In this document: positions 59,781 to 64,000 of the stretch, in pieces
Position numbering within the stretch: the stretch's first letter is position 1
How the letters are laid out: every line of letters begins with the position of its first letter
From: Coriobacteriia bacterium
Lineage (GTDB): Bacteria > Actinomycetota > Coriobacteriia > Coriobacteriales > QAMH01
Direction of reading: 5' to 3'
DNA length: 64,000 bases
Assembly (NCBI GenBank): GCA_003149935.1
Contig: QAMH01000006.1
Location: 433,053 to 497,052 of the forward strand
Position numbers and translations under genes: made by a program
Notes under the pieces: model-generated
The model's input: only the letters and a program-made list of their open reading frames with translations
Told to the model about the DNA's origin: nothing
The model's database searches: none

Positions 59781-59940
59781 AAGCCTGCCGCATATTCAGA
59801 CTTCTCGAACAGATGGGCGTTTTTCGCAAAGCGAGTGCGAGGACTGTCTGAGCACGCGGTCTTTGCGTGCGAGTTCCGCAGCAGCTTTGCGAAAAACGCT
59901 CATCGGGTGTGAGAAGAAGTCTGAATAGGCGGCATGGCTT
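59781..59940 (-). repeat. structured intergenic repeat, copy B (nested ~160-nt hairpin filling the ispG-trmO spacer)
   Basis: Outer arms 59781-59806/59911-59940. Perfect 16-bp stem GCGTTTTTCGCAAAGC (59817-32)/GCTTTGCGAAAAACGC (59884-99). Apical GCACGC/GCGTGC (59852-57/59865-70). The core is homologous to copy A in inverted orientation. Confidence 0.8.
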
Positions 59941-59948
59941 TCCCTCCC

Positions 59949-61037
59949 TTAAAGCGTCTCGATGAGCGCGAACAGCTCGTCGACGATTGCGTCGGCGGGC
60001 ACGCGACGCAGCTTCTCGCCTTTCGCGAAGAGCAGACCCTCGTCACGCCCGCAGGCCACGCCCACGTCGGCGAAGCGCGCCTCGCCCGGCCCGTTGACGA
60101 CGCAGCCCATGACCGCGACCTTGAGCGGCTTGTTAATCATCGCGAGACGGCGCGTGACCTCGTCGGCGATGGGAATGAGGTCGACCTGGCAACGGCTGCA
60201 CGTGGGGCAGGAGACGATTTCGGGCTTGCAGCGGCGCACGTCGACGGCGGAGAGGATATCGAAGGCCACGGCGATTTCCTCGACCGGATCTGCCGTGAGC
60301 GAGACGCGCATGGTGTCGCCTATGCCCTCGGCAAGCAACATGCCAAGCCCTGCAGCAGACTTGATCGTACCCTGGCGCACACCACCGGCTTCCGTGATGC
60401 CGATGTGCAGCGGCACCTCGGGCAAACTCTGCGAGAGGCTCCGATACGCGTTCACGGTCGTCATCACGTCATGCGCCTTGGCCGAGACGACGATGTCATC
60501 GAAATCACGTTCGCGGAAATGCTCCACGAAGCCCTCGGCCGAGAGCGCGAGCTTCTCCGCTTGGGTGAGGTCACTACGCGCAGCAAGGGCATCCTCGAGC
60601 GAGCCCGCGTTGACACCGATGCGTATGGGAATGCCGGCTTCCCCCGCCGCCTCGATGACCGCATCGACCTTGTTCATGGCGCCGATATTGCCCGGATTGA
60701 TGCGCAGGCCCGCTGTATGCTCATGACAGGCTCCCACCGCAATTTGATAATCGAAGTGCACATCGGCAACGACGGGCAGTGGGCTTGCCTCCGCGACCTG
60801 CCCGAAACGCACAATCGACGCGCGATTGGGAATGGCAACGCGGACAATCTCGCAGCCGGCCTTGGCCAGGCGCTCGATTTGCGCGAGGTTGCCCTCAACG
60901 TCAAGCCATGGCCCGTCCGGACCATCAATCATGGGGATATTGGTCATCGACTGCACGCTGACAGGCGCCCCTCCCCCAACGGCAACCTTGCCGACATGTA
61001 CACGACGCGTCGCGTTACGAGGCGTTTCGAAGTCCAT
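59949..61037 (-). CDS. ispG: 4-hydroxy-3-methylbut-2-en-1-yl diphosphate synthase
   Basis: 362 aa. VGGGAPVSVQSMTN, RINPGNIG, CPTCSRC, VMGCVVNGPGE. Confidence 0.95.
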   Translation of the reverse strand: MDFETPRNATRRVHVGKVAVGGGAPVSVQSMTNIPMIDGPDGPWLDVEGNLAQIERLAKAGCEIVRVAIPNRASIVRFGQVAEASPLPVVADVHFDYQIAVGACHEHTAGLRINPGNIGAMNKVDAVIEAAGEAGIPIRIGVNAGSLEDALAARSDLTQAEKLALSAEGFVEHFRERDFDDIVVSAKAHDVMTTVNAYRSLSQSLPEVPLHIGITEAGGVRQGTIKSAAGLGMLLAEGIGDTMRVSLTADPVEEIAVAFDILSAVDVRRCKPEIVSCPTCSRCQVDLIPIADEVTRRLAMINKPLKVAVMGCVVNGPGEARFADVGVACGRDEGLLFAKGEKLRRVPADAIVDELFALIETL

Positions 61038-61040
61038 GGG

Positions 61041-62324
61041 CTACCCCTTCAGGAAGAAATTGACGATGTCTTGTCGCAACAGGAAGACGAACAGAACAAG
61101 TAGCAGCGCGATGACGATAAAGGTGATCACATTGACGACGCGCGCCGGCACCGCGCGATGCGTGACGCGCTGAATGACCTCGATGAGGATACGCCCGCCA
61201 TCAAGCGGTGGCAGGGGCAGCAGGTTCACGACGGCAAGCGACAGCGATACGATTGCGATGATGAAGAGCAGCGGGACGATGCCGGCAGATGCCGCCCGCT
61301 CGCTCATGACGGCGATACCGACGACCGAGGTCGACTGACTGAGCGTCTCGCCCGCCGTAGCGGGATTGAAGAGGTTGAGATAGCCCTGCACCGTGAGCAC
61401 GAGGTACTCCCAGGACGCGCCCAGCGCCTCCAAGACGGGCAAGCGATACTGCTCCTGACCAGCGTATATGCCGAGGCGCGGCGAGCCGTTCTCGTCCATC
61501 CCGACGATGAGCGTCGTGCTCGTCGTCTGTCCATTGCGTTCGTAGGCGACGTCTATCGCCTCGCCCGGCGCAAGTCCGGCGATGACGGTGGACAACGTCT
61601 GCCAATCGGGCACGTCGGTGCCGTCAATGGCAACGATGGTATCACCCGCCTGCAAACCCGCCTCTTGCGCGGGACTGCCCTCGACGACATCGCCAAGCGT
61701 CGTCGAGGCAACGGTCAAGCCGATGCCGCAGAAGATGACGATGAGCAGGATGAAGGCAAGCAGCACGTTCATAAACGGGCCGGCAAAGAGCGTGACGAGC
61801 CGCTTGGGAAACGACAGCGCGCGATAGGTGTGCGAGCGCTCCTCGTCGAGCAACGCTTGCGGATCATCGACCTCACGTGCCTGCCCAAGCTCGAATCCAT
61901 CGCGTGCCGGTGCGGAATAGACATCGTCAGGACCGTGCTTCTTGGGCGCGATGATGGAGCCCCAGCCATCCAGAATGACGAGCGCCAGCTCCGCGGACTC
62001 CGCATCGAGGTCGCAGCCCAGCGCGACGTGGGATACGTCAGCCGTGCCGTGTCGATATACGTAGGCGAGCACCTTGGCCAGATTCGGGTTCTCGACATCG
62101 CCTTCCATGCCCGCGATGCGATTGTAGCCACCTAGCGGAATGCAGGTGACACCGTAGCGGCATCCGTTTCTCTCGAAGCCGATGTTGGGGCCCGGCATGC
62201 CGATCATGAACTCGGTCACACGCACGCCAAAGGCTCGCGCAGCGATGAAGTGGCCAAGCTCATGCACGAGCGTGAGCACGCCGATAATGACGATGAACCA
62301 GAATATGATCGCGAGGATGTTCAC
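61041..62324 (-). CDS. rseP: site-2 (M50) zinc metalloprotease with PDZ domain
   Basis: 427 aa. HELGHFIAARAF, PDZ GSPAQEAGLQAGDTIVAIDG, NLLPLPPLDGG. Confidence 0.9.
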   Translation of the reverse strand: MNILAIIFWFIVIIGVLTLVHELGHFIAARAFGVRVTEFMIGMPGPNIGFERNGCRYGVTCIPLGGYNRIAGMEGDVENPNLAKVLAYVYRHGTADVSHVALGCDLDAESAELALVILDGWGSIIAPKKHGPDDVYSAPARDGFELGQAREVDDPQALLDEERSHTYRALSFPKRLVTLFAGPFMNVLLAFILLIVIFCGIGLTVASTTLGDVVEGSPAQEAGLQAGDTIVAIDGTDVPDWQTLSTVIAGLAPGEAIDVAYERNGQTTSTTLIVGMDENGSPRLGIYAGQEQYRLPVLEALGASWEYLVLTVQGYLNLFNPATAGETLSQSTSVVGIAVMSERAASAGIVPLLFIIAIVSLSLAVVNLLPLPPLDGGRILIEVIQRVTHRAVPARVVNVITFIVIALLLVLFVFLLRQDIVNFFLKG

Positions 62325-62332
62325 GAGACGGA

Positions 62333-63487
62333 CTATCCCCTCGCTAGAATGTCGGACGCGAGCGCACGAGAGCGCGCGTCGATTTCCTCGAGCTGCTCGA
62401 GCGATTCGACCGGTTCGCTTCCCATACGCTCCATAACCTGCTCGACGGTCGCGTCGATATCGGTCAGGCGGCAGGCATCGGCAAGGAAGGCCGCCACGGC
62501 GACCTCGTTTGCCGCGTTCATCACGCAGGGAAGCGTGCCACCTGCGCGACCCGCCTCAAGCGCGAGCGTCAGGCAGCGGAAAGTATCCAAATCCGGATCG
62601 AGGAACTCGAGTGACGCCATCTGGGTAAAATCGACCTGCGCTGCCGGGCTTTCCCAGCGATGCGGATAACTCAGCGCGAACTGGATGGGGATGCGCATGT
62701 CGGCAACGCCCAGATGAGCCTTGACCGAGCCATCGACGTACTCGACCATCGAATGCACGCATGACTGCGGATGCACGACAACCCGGATGTCATCCGTCTT
62801 CACGTCGAAGAGATGCTGCGCCTCGATCACCTCGAGGCCCTTGTTCATGAGCGTCGCCGAATCGATGGTGATCTTGGGTCCCATGTTCCATGTGGGATGC
62901 GCAAGCGCCTGCGCAGCCGTCACCTGCGAAAGCTCGTCGCGCGTCATGCCACGGAAGGGGCCACCCGAGCAGGTGAGCCAAATCCTACGCGCCTCGTTTG
63001 CGAATTCTCCCAGATAGCACTGGTAGATTGCCGAGTGCTCGGAATCGACGGGGAGCAGGGTATCGTGCGTGGCAAGCGGCATGATGAGATCGCCGCCCAC
63101 GACGAGCGACTCCTTGTTGGCAAGCGCGAGGATGCGGCCCGCCTTGAGCGTGTCGTAGGAGGCGCGCATGCCCGCCTCACCGGAAAGCGCGTTAAGCACA
63201 ATGTCGACATCGTCAAGTTGCGTGAGGGCCGCAACGGCGGCGGCGCCAAATCCGACAGACACGTCGTCATCAAGTTGTGCCAACGCAGGAGCATCGCGCA
63301 CGGTCTCATCGCCGAAGGCAAGGTGCTTGCAGCCGAACTCCTGCGCATAGCGCACCATCTCGTCGACACGTCGGCCTGCCGCGAGCGCAACGACCTCGAG
63401 CTTGTCTGGATGCATGCGCACGACGTCAAGCGTCTGCGTGCCAATAGAACCAGTCGCGCCCAGAATGACGAGACGCATCTTGCTCAT
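62333..63487 (-). CDS. dxr: 1-deoxy-D-xylulose-5-phosphate reductoisomerase
   Basis: 384 aa. ILGATGSIGTQTLDV, LANKESLV, DSEHSAI, HPTWNMG. Confidence 0.95.
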   Translation of the reverse strand: MSKMRLVILGATGSIGTQTLDVVRMHPDKLEVVALAAGRRVDEMVRYAQEFGCKHLAFGDETVRDAPALAQLDDDVSVGFGAAAVAALTQLDDVDIVLNALSGEAGMRASYDTLKAGRILALANKESLVVGGDLIMPLATHDTLLPVDSEHSAIYQCYLGEFANEARRIWLTCSGGPFRGMTRDELSQVTAAQALAHPTWNMGPKITIDSATLMNKGLEVIEAQHLFDVKTDDIRVVVHPQSCVHSMVEYVDGSVKAHLGVADMRIPIQFALSYPHRWESPAAQVDFTQMASLEFLDPDLDTFRCLTLALEAGRAGGTLPCVMNAANEVAVAAFLADACRLTDIDATVEQVMERMGSEPVESLEQLEEIDARSRALASDILARG

Positions 63488-63500
63488 GTGCGTTCCTTTC

Positions 63501-64000
63501 CTACAGTGCGAACCCTATGAATGAGAAGATGTAGGGGGCACCGGCGACCATGGCATATGCCGCCACGGAGCCGAAAATGACCGAATCGCAGCGGTCGAGC
63601 AGACCACCGTGCCCAGGCATGATGTCACCCGAATCTTTCGCAGAAAACCCGCGCTTGATATGGGACTCCGTCAAATCGCCGATGATGCCCGCATAGCCCA
63701 CGACCAAACCGGAGATGACGGCCCAGACCCAACCAAAGCCGCAATCGGGAACGAAAACGACGATAAGCACCCAGAAAAGCACGCTGAACACCATGCCGCA
63801 TGCGACACCCTCCCAGGTCTTCTTGGGCGAGATGTGCGGAGCGAATTTGTGCCTGCCAAATGCCGAACCACCAAGGTAGGCAAAACCGTCATTGGCCCAG
63901 ATGCTTCCCAAGACCAGGAAGCACATGAGACCACCTTCGAAACCGGGAATGACACCACGCAGCATCACGAAGGAGGAGAGCATGAGACCCGTATACAGAT
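63501..64000 (-). CDS. cdsA: phosphatidate cytidylyltransferase, C-terminal part (gene starts beyond right edge)
   Basis: SPKKTWEG, GDLTESHIKRGFSAKDSGDIMPGHGGLLDRCDS. The reading frame stays open to position 64000. Confidence 0.9.
   Translation of the reverse strand, partial: LYTGLMLSSFVMLRGVIPGFEGGLMCFLVLGSIWANDGFAYLGGSAFGRHKFAPHISPKKTWEGVACGMVFSVLFWVLIVVFVPDCGFGWVWAVISGLVVGYAGIIGDLTESHIKRGFSAKDSGDIMPGHGGLLDRCDSVIFGSVAAYAMVAGAPYIFSFIGFAL

Overview
This 64-kb window is high-GC (about 60% by eye) and gene-dense. It is almost certainly chromosomal DNA of an anaerobic actinobacterium, probably class Coriobacteriia. That is an inference from three things: SepF/DivIVA with no FtsA in the dcw cluster, rubrerythrin plus a 2-oxoacid:ferredoxin oxidoreductase, and the GC content.

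I call 61 CDS (56 on the minus strand), 3 tRNAs and an RNase P RNA.

- **1-17.2 kb:** housekeeping genes (alaS N-terminus running off the left edge and absent from the ORF track, rarA, xth, rbr, metA, dnaJ, hemW, dus, lepA, rpsT, holA, tRNA-Glu/Gln, comEA-comEC).
- **17.4-30.3 kb:** the only accessory-looking stretch. It holds two XRE-cupin regulator + acyl-CoA ligase modules flanking a P-loop NTPase and a four-subunit 2-oxoacid:ferredoxin oxidoreductase, an Hpt + REC-GGDEF(degenerate)-EAL pair, and two secreted papain-fold hydrolases.
- **30.3-51.9 kb:** rnpB followed by a complete division and cell-wall supercluster (mraZ-rsmH-ftsL-ftsI-murE-murF-mraY-murD-ftsW-murG-murC-ftsQ-[SDR]-ftsZ-pgeF-yggS-sepF-proC-yggT-divIVA-yggU).
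- **52-64 kb:** fbp, rsmB-fmt-def, NAT, tRNA-Arg, trmO, ispG-rseP-dxr-cdsA.

I see no transposase, integrase, phage, CRISPR or recognisable defence genes, and no convincing novel protein system.

The most unusual signals are non-coding:
- Two copies (53.7 kb and 59.8 kb) of a long hairpin element with a conserved ~50-nt core and covarying stems.
- A perfect 36-bp-stem palindrome between trmO and tRNA-Arg.
- A cluster of repeated hairpins after comEC.

Many long ORFs in the track are antisense shadows of real genes, which is typical of high-GC DNA. All homology statements come from reading the translations by eye; no searches were run.
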